In this document: positions 53,201 through 64,000 of the stretch, one piece after another
Layout: every line of letters begins with the position of its first letter
How positions within the stretch are numbered: position 1 is the stretch's first letter
NCBI GenBank assembly: GCA_964016885.1
Contig: OZ024743.1
Coordinates: 244,838,001 to 244,902,000, forward strand
Length of the DNA: 64,000 bases
Source of the DNA: Eledone cirrhosa
Taxonomy: Eukaryota
Direction: 5' to 3'
Translations under genes and position numbers: made by a program
The notes under the pieces: model-generated
Told to the model about the DNA's origin: nothing
What the model saw: the letters and a program-made list of their open reading frames with translations, nothing else
The model's database searches: none

Positions 53201-56200
53201 TGTGGTGTAGTAGTGGTGGTGTGGTGTGGTAGTGGCGGTGGTAGTAGCGGCGTGTTGTTATAGTTGTTGTTGGTGTAGTAGTGGTGGTGTGGTGTGGTAG
53301 TGGCGGTGGTAGTAGCGGCGTGTTGTTATAGTTGTTGTTGGTGTAGTAGTGGTGGTGTGGTGTGGTAGTGGCGGTGGTAGTAGCAGCGTGTTGTTATAGT
53401 TGTTGTTGGTGTAGTAGTGGTGGTGTGGTGTAGTAGTGGTGGTGTGGTGTGGTAGTGGCGGTGGTAGTAGCGGCGTGTTGTTATAGTTGTTGTTGGTGTA
53501 GTAGTGGTGGTGTGGTGTGGTAGTGGCGGTGGTAGTAGCGGCGTGTTGTTATAGTTGTTGTTGGTGTAGTAGTGGTGGTGTGGTGTAGTAGTGGTGGTGT
53601 GGTGTGGTAGTGGCGGTGGTAGTAGCGGCGTGTTGTTATAGTTGTTGTTGGTGTAGTAGTGGTGGTGTGGTGTGGTAGTGGCGGTGGTAGTAGCAGCGTG
53701 TTGTTATAGTTGTTGTTGGTGTAGTAGTGGTGGTGTGGTAGTGGCGGTGGTAGTAGCAGCGTGTTGTTATAGTTGTTGTTGGTGTAGTAGTGGTGGTGTG
53801 GTGTGGTAGTGGCGGTGGTAGTAGCAGCGTGTTGTTATAGTTGTTGTTGGTGTAGTAGTGGTGGTGTGGTGTGGTAGTGGCGGTGGTAGTAGCGGCGTGT
53901 TGTTATAGTTGTTGTTGGTCTAGTAGTGGTGGTGTGGTGTAGTAGTGGTGGTGTGGTGTGGTAGTGGCGGTGGTAGTAGCAGCGTGTTGTTATAGTTGTT
54001 GTTGGTGTAGTAGTGGTGGTGTGGTGTAGTAGTGGTGGTGTGGTGTGGTAGTGGCGGTGGTAGTAGCGGCGTGTTGTTATAGTTGTTGTTGGTCTAGTAG
54101 TGGTGGTGTGGTGTGGTAGTGGCGGTGGTAGTAGCGGCGTGTTGTTATAGTTGTTGTTGGTCTAGTAGTGGTGGTGTGGTGTGGTAGTGGCGGTGGTAGT
54201 AGCGGCGTGTTGTTATAGTTGTTGTTGGTGTAGTAGTGGTGGTGTGGTGTAGTAGTGGCGGTGGTAGTAGCGGCGTGTTGTTATAGTTGTTGTTGGTCTA
54301 GTAGTGGTGGTGTGGTGTAGTAGTGGCGGTGGTAGTAGCGGCGTGTTGTTATAGTTGTTGTTGGTCTAGTAGTGGTGGTGTGGTGTGGTAGTGGCGGTGG
54401 TAGTAGCGGCGTGTTGTTATAGTTGTTGTTGGTCTAGTAGTGGTGGTGTGGTGTAGTAGTGGTGGTGTGGTGTGGTAGTGGCGGTGGTAGTAGCGGCGTG
54501 TTGTTATAGTTGTTGTTGGTGTAGTAGTGGTGGTGTGGTGTGGTAGTGGCGGTGGTAGTAGCGGCGTGTTGTTATAGTTGTTGTTGGTGTAGTGGTGGTG
54601 GTGTGGTGTGGTAGTGGTGGTGGTAGTAGCGGCGTGTTGTTATAGTTGTTGTTGGTGTAGTAGTGGTGGTGTGGTGTAGTAGTGGTGGTGTGGTGTGGTA
54701 GTGGTGGTGGTAGTAGCGGCGTGTTGTTATAGTTGTTGTTGGTCTAGTAGTGGTGGTGTGGTGTAGTAGTGGTGGTGTGGTGTGGTAGTGGCGGTGGTAG
54801 TAGCGGCGTGTTGTTATAGTTGTTGTTGGTGTAGTAGTGGTGGTGTGGTGTAGTAGTGGTGGTGTGGTGTGGTAGTGGTGGTGGTAGTAGCGGCGTGTTG
54901 TTATAGTTGTTGTTGGTGTAGTAGTGGTGGTGTGGTGTAGTAGTGGTGGTGTGGTGTGGTAGTGGCGGTGGTAGTAGCGGCGTGTTGTTATAGTTGTTGT
55001 TGGTGTAGTAGTGGTGGTGTGGTGTGGTAGTGGCGGTGGTAGTAGCGGCGTGTTGTTATAGTTGTTGTTGGTCTAGTAGTGGTGGTGTGGTGTGGTGCGG
55101 TCGTAGTAGCAGCGTGTTGTTATAGTTGTTGTTGGTGTAGTGGTGGTGGTGTGGTGTGGTAGTGGCGGTAGTAGCGGCGTGTTGTTATAGTTGTTGTTGG
55201 TGTAGTAGTGGTGGTGTGGTGTGGTAGTGGCGGTGGTAGTAGCGGCGTGTTGTTATAGTTGTTGTTGGTGTAGTAGTGGTGGTGTGGTGTGGTAGTGGCG
55301 GTGGTAGTAGCAGCGTGTTGTTATAGTTGTTGTTGGTGTAGTAGTGGTGGTGGTGGTGTGGTGTGGTAGTGGTGGTGGTAGTAGCAGCGTGTTGTTATAG
55401 TTGTTGTTGGTGTAGTGGTGGTGGTGGTGTGGTGTGGTAGTGGCGGTGGTAGTAGCAGCGTGTTGTTATAGTTGTTGTTGGTGTAGTGGTGGTGGTGTGG
55501 TAGTGGCGGTGGTAGTAGCGGCGTGTTGTTATAGTTGTTGTTGGTGTAGTAGTGGTGGTGTGGTGTGGTAGTGGCGGTGGTAGTAGCAGCGTGTTGTTAT
55601 AGTTGTTGTTGGTGTAGTAGTGGTGGTGTGGTGTGGTAGTGGCGGTGGTAGTAGCGGCGTGTTGTTATAGTTGTTGTTGGTGTAGTAGTGGTGGTGTGGT
55701 GTGGTAGTGGCGGTGGTAGTAGCAGCGTGTTGTTATAGTTGTTGTTGGTGTAGTAGTGGTGGTGTGGTGTGGTAGTGGCGGTGGTAGTAGCGGCGTGTTG
55801 TTATAGTTGTTGTTGGTGTAGTAGTGGTGGTGTGGTGTGGTAGTGGCGGTGGTAGTAGCAGCGTGTTGTTATAGTTGTTGTTGGTGTAGTAGTGGTGGTG
55901 TGGTGTGGTGTGGTAGTGGTGGTGGTAGTAGCGGCGTGTTGTTATAGTTGTTGTTGGTGTAGTAGTGGTGGTGTGGTGTGGTAGTGGCGGTGGTAGTAGC
56001 GGCGTGTTGTTATAGTTGTTGTTGGTGTAGTAGTGGTGGTGTGGTGTGGTAGTGGTGGTGGTAGTAGCGGCGTGTTGTTATAGTTGTTGTTGGTGTAGTG
56101 GTGGTGGTGTGGTGTGGTAGTGGTGGTGGTAGTAGCGGCGTGTTGTTATAGTTGTTGTTGGTGTAGTAGTGGTGGTGTGGTGTGGTAGTGGTGGTGGTAG

Positions 56201-59200
56201 TAGCGGCGTGTTGTTATAGTTGTTGTTGGTGTAGTAGTGGTGGTGTGGTGTGGTAGTGGTGGTGGTAGTAGCGGCGTGTTGTTATAGTTGTTGTTGGTGT
56301 AGTAGTGGTGGTGTGGTGTGGTAGTGGTGGTGTGGTGTGGTAGTGGTGGTGGTAGTAGCGGCGTGTTGTTATAGTTGTTGTTGGTGTAGTAGTGGTGGTG
56401 TGGTGTGGTAGTGGTGGTGGTAGTAGCGGCGTGTTGTTATAGTTGTTGTTGGTGTAGTAGTGGTGGTGTGGTGTGGTAGTGGTGGTGTGGTGTGGTAGTG
56501 GGGTGGTAGTAGCGGCGTGTTGTTATAGTTGTTGTTGGTGTAGTAGTGGTGGTGTGGTGTGGTAGTGGTGGTGGTAGTAGCGGCGTGTTGTTATAGTTGT
56601 TGTTGGTGTAGTAGTGGTGGTGTGGTGTGGTAGTGGTGGTGTGGTGTGGTAGTGGTGGTGTGGTGTGGTAGTGGCGGTGGTAGTAGCGGCGTGTTGTTAT
56701 AGTTGTTGTTGGTGTAGTAGTGGTGGTGTGGTGTGGTAGTGGTGGTGTGGTGGTAGTGGTGGTGGTAGTAGCGGCGTGTTGTTATAGTTGTTGTTGGTGT
56801 AGTAGTGGTGGTGTGGTGTGGTAGTGGTGGTGTGGTGTGGTAGTGGTGGTGGTAGTAGCGGCGTGTTGTTATAGTTGTTGTTGGTGTAGTGGTGGTGGTG
56901 GTGTGGTGTGGTAGTGGTGGTGGTAGTAGCGGCGTGTTGTTATAGTTGTTGTTGGTGTAGTAGTGGTGGTGTGGTGTAGTAGTGGTGGTGTGGTGTGGTA
57001 GTGGTGGTGGTAGTAGCGGCGTGTTGTTATAGTTGTTGTTGGTGTAGTGGTGGTGGTGGTGTGGTGTGGTAGTGGCGGTGGTAGTAGCGGCGTGTTGTTA
57101 TAGTTGTTGTTGGTGTAGTGGTGGTGGTGGTGTGGTGTGGTAGTGGCGGTGGTAGTAGCGGCGTGTTGTTATAGTTGTTGTTGGTGTAGTGGTGGTGGTG
57201 TGGTGTGGTAGTGGCGGTGGTAGTAGCGGCGTGTTGTTATAGTTGTTGTTGGTGTAGTAGTGGTGGTGTGGTGTAGTAGTGGCGGTAGTAGCGGCGTGTT
57301 GTTATAGTTGTTGTTGGTGTAGTAGTGGTGGTGGTGTGGTGTGGTAGTGGCGGTAGTAGCGGCGTGTTGTTATAGTTGTTGTTGGTGTGGTAGTGGTGGT
57401 GTGGTGTGGTAGTGGCGGTAGTAGTAGCGTGTTGTTATAGTTGTTGTTGGTGTGGTAGTGGTGGTGTGGTGTGGTAGTGGCGGTGGTAGTAGCAGCGTGT
57501 TGTTATAGTTGTTGTTGGTGTAGTGGTGGTGGTGTGGTGTGGTGTGGTAGTGGCGGTGGTAGTAGCAGCGTGTTGTTATAGTTGTTGTTGGTGTGGTAGT
57601 GGTGGTGTGGTGTGGTGTGGTAGTGGCGGTGGTAGTAGCAGCGTGTTGTTATAGTTGTTGTTGGTGTGGTAGTGGTGGTGTGGTGTGGTAGTGGCGGTGG
57701 TAGTAGCGGCGTGTTGTTATAGTTGTTGTTGGTGTAGTGGTGGTGGTGTGGTGTGGTGTGGTAGTGGCGGTGGTAGTAGCAGCGTGTTGTTATAGTTGTT
57801 GTTGGTGTGGTAGTGGTGGTGTGGTGTGGTAGTGGCGGTGGTAGTAGCAGCGTGTTGTTATAGTTGTTGTTGGTGTGGTAGTGGTGGTGTGGTGTGGTAG
57901 TGGCGGTGGTAGTAGCAGCGTGTTGTTATAGTTGTTGTTGGTGTGGTAGTGGTGGTGTGGTGTGGTAGTGGCGGTGGTAGTAGCAGCGTGTTGTTATAGT
58001 TGTTGTTGGTGTGGTAGTGGTGGTGTGGTGTGGTAGTGGCGGTGGTAGTAGCAGCGTGTTGTTATAGTTGTTGTTGGTGTGGTAGTGGTGGTGTGGTGTG
58101 GTAGTGGCGGTGGTAGTAGCGGCGTGTTGTTATAGTTGTTGTTGGTGTGGTAGTGGTGGTGTGGTGTGGTAGTGGCGGTGGTAGTAGCAGCGTGTTGTTA
58201 TAGTTGTTGTTGGTGTAGTAGTGGTGGTGTGGTGTGGTAGTGGCGGTGGTAGTAGCGGCGTGTTGTTATAGTTGTTGTTGGTGTAGTAGTGGTGGTGTGG
58301 TGTGGTAGTGGCGGTGGTAGTAGCGGCGTGTTGTTATAGTTGTTGTTGGTGTAGTGGTGGTGGTGTGGTGTGGTGTGGTAGTGGCGGTGGTAGTAGCAGC
58401 GTGTTGTTATAGTTGTTGTTGGTGTAGTAGTGGTGGTGTGGTGTGGTAGTGGCGGTGGTAGTAGCGGCGTGTTGTTATAGTTGTTGTTGGTGTGGTAGTG
58501 GTGGTGTGGTGTGGTAGTGGCGGTGGTAGTAGCAGCGTGTTGTTATAGTTGTTGTTGGTGTAGTAGTGGTGGTGTGGTGTGGTAGTGGCGGTGGTAGTAG
58601 CGGCGTGTTGTTATAGTTGTTGTTGGTGTAGTAGTGGTGGTGTGGTGTGGTAGTGGCGGTGGTAGTAGCGGCGTGTTGTTATAGTTGTTGTTGGTGTAGT
58701 AGTGGTGGTGTGGTGTGGTAGTGGCGGTGGTAGTAGCAGCGTGTTGTTATAGTTGTTGTTGGTGTAGTGGTGGTGGTGTGGTGTGGTGTGGTAGTGGCGG
58801 TGGTAGTAGCAGCGTGTTGTTATAGTTGTTGTTGGTGTGGTAGTGGTGGTGTGGTGTGGTAGTGGCGGTGGTAGTAGCAGCGTGTTGTTATAGTTGTTGT
58901 TGGTGTAGTAGTGGTGGTGTGGTGTGGTAGTGGCGGTGGTAGTAGCGGCGTGTTGTTATAGTTGTTGTTGGTGTAGTAGTGGTGGTGTGGTGTGGTAGTG
59001 GCGGTGGTAGTAGCGGCGTGTTGTTATAGTTGTTGTTGGTGTAGTAGTGGTGGTGTGGTGTGGTAGTGGCGGTGGTAGTAGCAGCGTGTTGTTATAGTTG
59101 TTGTTGGTGTAGTGGTGGTGGTGTGGTGTGGTGTGGTAGTGGCGGTGGTAGTAGCAGCGTGTTGTTATAGTTGTTGTTGGTGTGGTAGTGGTGGTGTGGT

Positions 59201-62200
59201 GTGGTAGTGGCGGTGGTAGTAGCAGCGTGTTGTTATAGTTGTTGTTGGTGTAGTAGTGGTGGTGTGGTGTGGTGCGGTGGTAGTAGCAGCGTGTTGTTAT
59301 AGTTGTTGTTGGTGTAGTGGTGGTGGTGGTGTGGTGTGGTAGTGGCGGTGGTAGTAGCGGCGTGTTGTTATAGTTGTTGTTGGTGTAGTAGTGGTGGTGT
59401 GGTGTGGTAGTGGCGGTGGTAGCGGCGTGTTGTTATAGTTGTTGTTGGTGTAGTAGTGGTGGTGGTGTGGTGTGGTAGTGGCGGTGGTAGCGGCGTGTTG
59501 TTATAGTTGTTGTTGGTGTAGTAGTGGTGGTGTGGTGTAGTAGTGGTGGTGTGGTGTGGTAGTGGCGGTGGTAGTAGCGGCGTGTTGTTATAGTTGTTGT
59601 TGGTGTAGTAGTGGTGGTGTGGTGTGGTAGTGGCGGTGGTAGTAGCAGCGTGTTGTTATAGTTGTTGTTGGTGTAGTGGTGGTGGTGTGGTGTGGTAGTG
59701 GCGGTGGTAGTAGCGGCGTGTTGTTATAGTTGTTGTTGGTGTAGTGGTGGTGGTGGTGTGGTGTAGTAGTGGCGGTGGTAGTAGCGGCGTGTTGTTATAG
59801 TTGTTGTTGGTGTAGTAGTGGTGGTGTGGTGTGGTAGTGGCGGTGGTAGTAGCGGCGTGTTGTTATAGTTGTTGTTGGTGTAGTAGTGGTGGTGTGGTGT
59901 GGTAGTGGTGGTGGTAGTAGCAGCGTGTTGTTATAGTTGTTGTTGGTGTAGTAGTGGTGGTGTGGTGTGGTAGTGGCGGTGGTAGTAGCGGCGTGTTGTT
60001 ATAGTTGTTGTTGGTGTAGTGGTGGTGGTGTGGTGTGGTAGTGGCGGTGGTAGTAGCAGCGTGTTGTTATAGTTGTTGTTGGTGTAGTGGTGGTGGTGTG
60101 GTGTGGTAGTGGCGGTGGTAGTAGCGGCGTGTTGTTATAGTTGTTGTTGGTGTAGTAGTGGTGGTGTGGTGTGGTAGTGGTGGTGTGGTGTGGTAGTGGC
60201 GGTGGTAGTAGCGGCGTGTTGTTATAGTTGTTGTTGGTGTAGTAGTGGTGGTGGTGTGGTGTGGTAGTGGCGGTGGTAGTAGCGGCGGGTTGTTATAGTT
60301 GTTGTTGGTGTAGTGGTGGTGGTGGTGTGGTGTGGTAGTGGCGGTGGTAGTAGCGGCGTGTTGTTATAGTTGTTGTTGGTGTAGTAGTAGTGGTGGTGTG
60401 GTGTGGTAGTGGTGGTGGTAGTAGCGGCGTGTTGTTATAGTTGTTGTTGGTGTAGTGGTGGTGGTGGTGTGGTGTGGTAGTGGCGGTGGTAGTAGCGGCG
60501 TGTTGTTATAGTTGTTGTTGGTGTAGTGGTGGTGGTGGTGTGGTGTGGTAGTGGCGGTGGTAGTAGCGGCGTGTTGTTATAGTTGTTGTTGGTGTAGTGG
60601 TGGTGGTGGTGTGGTGTGGTAGTGGCGGTGGTAGTAGCGGCGTGTTGTTATAGTTGTTGTTGGTGTAGTAGTGGTGGTGTGGTGTAGTAGTGGTGGTGGT
60701 AGTAGCAGCGTGTTGTTATAGTTGTTGTTGGTGTAGTGGTGGTGGTGGTGTGGTAGTGGCGGTGGTAGTAGCGTGTTGTTATAGTTGTTGTTGGTGTAGT
60801 GGTGGTGGTGTGGTGTGGTAGTGGCGGTAGTAGCGGCGTGTTGTTATAGTTGTTGTTGGTGTAGTAGTGGTGGTGTGGTGTGGTAGTGGTGGTGTGGTGT
60901 AGTGGTGGTGGTGTGGTGTGGTAGTGGTGGTGGTAGTAGCAGCGTGTTGTTATAGTTGTTGTTGGTGTAGTGGTGGTGGTGTGGTGTGGTAGTGGCGGTA
61001 GTAGCGGCGTGTTGTTATAGTTGTTGTTGGTGTAGTAGTGGTGGTGTGGTGTGGTAGTGGCGGTGGTAGTAGCGGCGTGTTGTTATAGTTGTTGTTGGTG
61101 TAGTAGTGGTGGTGGTGTGGTGTGGTAGTGGTGGTGTGGTGTGGTAGTGGCGGTGGTAGTAGCGGCGTGTTGTTATAGTTGTTGTTGGTGTAGTAGTGGT
61201 GGTGTGGTGTGGTAGTGGTGGTAGTAGTAGCAGCGTGTTGTTATAGTTGTTGTTGGTGTAGTAGTGGTGGTGGTGTGGTGTGGTAGTGGTGGTGGTAGTA
61301 GCGGCGTGTTGTTATAGTTGTTGTTGGTGTAGTAGTGGTGGTGTGGTGTGGTAGTGGCGGTGGTAGTAGCGGCGTGTTGTTATAGTTGTTGTTGGTGTAG
61401 TAGTGGTGGTGTGGTGTGGTAGTGGCGGTGGTAGTAGCGGCGTGTTGTTATAGTTGTTGTTGGTGTAGTAGTGGTGGTGTGGTGTGGTAGTGGCGGTGGT
61501 AGTAGCGGCGTGTTGTTATAGTTGTTGTTGGTGTAGTGGTGGTGGTGTGGTGTGGTAGTGGCGGTGGTAGTAGCGGCGTGTTGTTATAGTTGTTGTTGGT
61601 GTAGTGGTGGTGGTGTGGTGTGGTAGTGGCGGTGGTAGTAGCGGCGTGTTGTTATAGTTGTTGTTGGTGTAGTGGTGGTGGTGTGGTGTGGTAGTGGCGG
61701 TGGTAGTAGCGGCGTGTTGTTATAGTTGTTGTTGGTGTAGTAGTGGTGGTGTGGTGTGGTAGTGGCGGTGGTAGTAGCGGCGTGTTGTTATAGTTGTTGT
61801 TGGTGTAGTAGTGGTGGTGTGGTGTGGTAGTGGCGGTGGTAGTAGCGGCGTGTTGTTATAGTTGTTGTTGGTGTAGTAGTGGTGGTGTGGTGTGGTAGTG
61901 GTGGTAGTAGTAGCAGCGTGTTGTTATAGTTGTTGTTGGTGTAGTAGTGGTGGTGTGGTGTGGTAGTGGTGGTAGTAGTAGCAGCGTGTTGTTATAGTTG
62001 TTGTTGGTGTAGTGGTGGTGGTGTGGTGTGGTAGTGGTGGTAGTAGTAGCAGCGTGTTGTTATAGTTGTTGTTGGTGTAGTAGTGGTGGTGTGGTGTGGT
62101 AGTGGTGGTAGTAGTAGCAGCGTGTTGTTATAGTTGTTGTTGGTGTAGTGGTGGTGGTGTGGTGTGGTAGTGGCGGTAGTAGCGGCGTGTTGTTATAGTT

Positions 62201-64000
62201 GTTGTTGGTGTAGTGGTGGTGGTGTGGTGTGGTAGTGGTGGTAGTAGTAGCGGCGTGATGTTATAGTTGTTGTTGGTGTAGTGGTGGTGGTGTGGTGTGG
62301 TAGTGGCGGTGGTAGTAGCGGCGTGTTGTTATAGTTGTTGTTGGTGTAGTGGTGGTGGTGTGGTGTGGTAGTGGCGGTAGTAGCGGCGTGTTGTTATAGT
62401 TGTTGTTGGTGTAGTAGTGGTGGTGTGGTGTGGTAGTGGCGGTAGTAGCGGCGTGTTGTTATAGTTGTTGTTGGTGTAGTAGTGGTGGTGTGGTGTGGTA
62501 GTGGCGGTAGTAGTAGCGTGTTGTTATAGTTGTTGTTGGTGTAGTGGTGGTGGTGTGGTGTGGTAGTGGCGGTGGTAGTAGCGTGTTGTTATAGTTGTTG
62601 TTGGTGTAGTAGTGGTGGTGTGGTGTGGTAGTGGTGGTGGTAGTAGCGGCGTGTTGTTATAGTTGTTGTTGGTGTAGTGGTGGTGGTGTGGTGTGGTAGT
62701 GGCGGTGGTAGTAGCGTGTTGTTATAGTTGTTGTTGGTGTAGTAGTGGTGGTGTGGTGTGGTAGTGGTGGTGGTAGTAGCAGCGTGTTGTTATAGTTGTT
62801 GTTGGTGTAGTGGTGGTGGTGTGGTGTGGTAGTGGCGGTGGTAGTAGCAGCGTGTTGTTATAGTTGTTGTTGGTGTAGTGGTGGTGGTGTGGTGTGGTAG
62901 TGGCGGTGGTAGTAGCGTGTTGTTATAGTTGTTGTTGGTGTAGTAGTGGTGGTGTGGTGTGGTAGTGGTGGTGGTAGTAGCGGCGTGTTGTTATAGTTGT
63001 TGTTGGTGTAGTGGTGGTGGTGTGGTGTGGTAGTGGCGGTGGTAGTAGCGTGTTGTTATAGTTGTTGTTGGTGTAGTAGTGGTGGTGTGGTGTGGTAGTG
63101 GTGGTGGTAGTAGCAGCGTGTTGTTATAGTTGTTGTTGGTGTAGTGGTGGTGGTGTGGTGTGGTAGTGGCGGTAGTAGCGGCGTGTTGTTATAGTTGTTG
63201 TTGGTGTAGTAGTGGTGTGGTGTGGTAGTGGCGGTGGTAGTAGCGGCGTGTTGTTATAGTTGTTGTTGGTGTAGTAGTGGTGGTGTGGTGTGGTAGTGGT
63301 GGTGGTAGTAGCGGCGTGTTGTTATAGTTGTTGTTGGTGTAGTAGTGGTGGTGTGGTGTGGTAGTGGCGGTGGTAGTAGCGGCGTGTTGTTATAGTTGTT
63401 GTTGGTGTAGTGGTGGTGGTGTGGTGTGGTAGTGGTGGTGGTAGTAGCGGCGTGTTGTTATAGTTGTTGTTGGTGTAGTAGTGGTGGTGTGGTGTGGTAG
63501 TGGCGGTGGTAGTAGCGGCGTGTTGTTATAGTTGTTGTTGGTGTAGTAGTGGTGGTGTGGTGTAGTAGTGGTGGTGTGGTGTGGTAGTGGCGGTGGTAGT
63601 AGCGGCGTGTTGTTATAGTTGTTGTTGGTGTAGTAGTGGTGGTGTGGTGTGGTAGTGGCGGTGGTAGTAGCGGCGTGTTGTTATAGTTGTTGTTGGTGTA
63701 GTAGTGGTGGTGTGGTGTGGTAGTGGCGGTGGTAGTAGCGGCGTGTTGTTATAGTTGTTGTTGGTGTAGTAGTGGTGGTGTGGTGTGGTAGTGGCGGTGG
63801 TAGTAGCGGCGTGTTGTTATAGTTGTTGTTGGTGTAGTGGTGGTGGTGTGGTGTGGTAGTGGCGGTAGTAGCGGCGTGTTGTTATAGTTGTTGTTGGTGT
63901 AGTAGTGGTGGTGTGGTGTGGTAGTGGTGGCGGTAGTAGCGGCGTGTTGTTATAGTTGTTGTTGGTGTAGTAGTGGTGGTGTGGTGTGGTAGTGGTGGTG
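47230..64000. repeat. GT-rich satellite with a ~68-bp unit (gtagtagcggcgtgttgttatagttgttgttggtgtagtagtggtggtgtggtgtggtagtggcggtg), roughly 240 copies, runs off the window end
   Basis: Nearly invariant core gcgtgttgttatagttgttgttggt with 68-bp spacing (47281 to 47349) and a variable gtg/gtgtg arm. Confidence 0.98.

Noticed and set aside
45593-64000. CRISPR-like or telomeric array
   Set aside because: No unique spacers or cas genes, a eukaryotic context, and no TTAGGG-type unit.

Overview
AT-rich, microsatellite-dense animal genomic DNA. The SINE and repeat complement suggests a cephalopod such as Octopus (inference). Positions 1-47 kb are mostly transposon debris: a GC-rich 5'-truncated Tx1/L1-clade LINE, a head-to-tail cluster of R4/Dong-like restriction-like-endonuclease (RLE) LINEs sitting in (TATG)n, Penelope-like GIY-YIG retroelement remnants, an internally deleted mariner, internally deleted RTE-like elements, MITEs and many tRNA-type SINEs. 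At least six near-complete type I hammerhead ribozyme (HHR) motifs from several unrelated families are present, plus a degenerate copy and fold-back half-ribozymes, mostly embedded in (TA)n. The only host coding sequence I can support is one 81-bp aquaporin exon (41913-41993) whose second NPA motif reads NPAL instead of NPAR. There are 14-bp and 17-bp minisatellites, and a >16.7-kb GT-rich ~68-bp satellite runs off the end of the window. Most listed short ORFs are microsatellite artefacts. Repeat boundaries were read by eye and are approximate.
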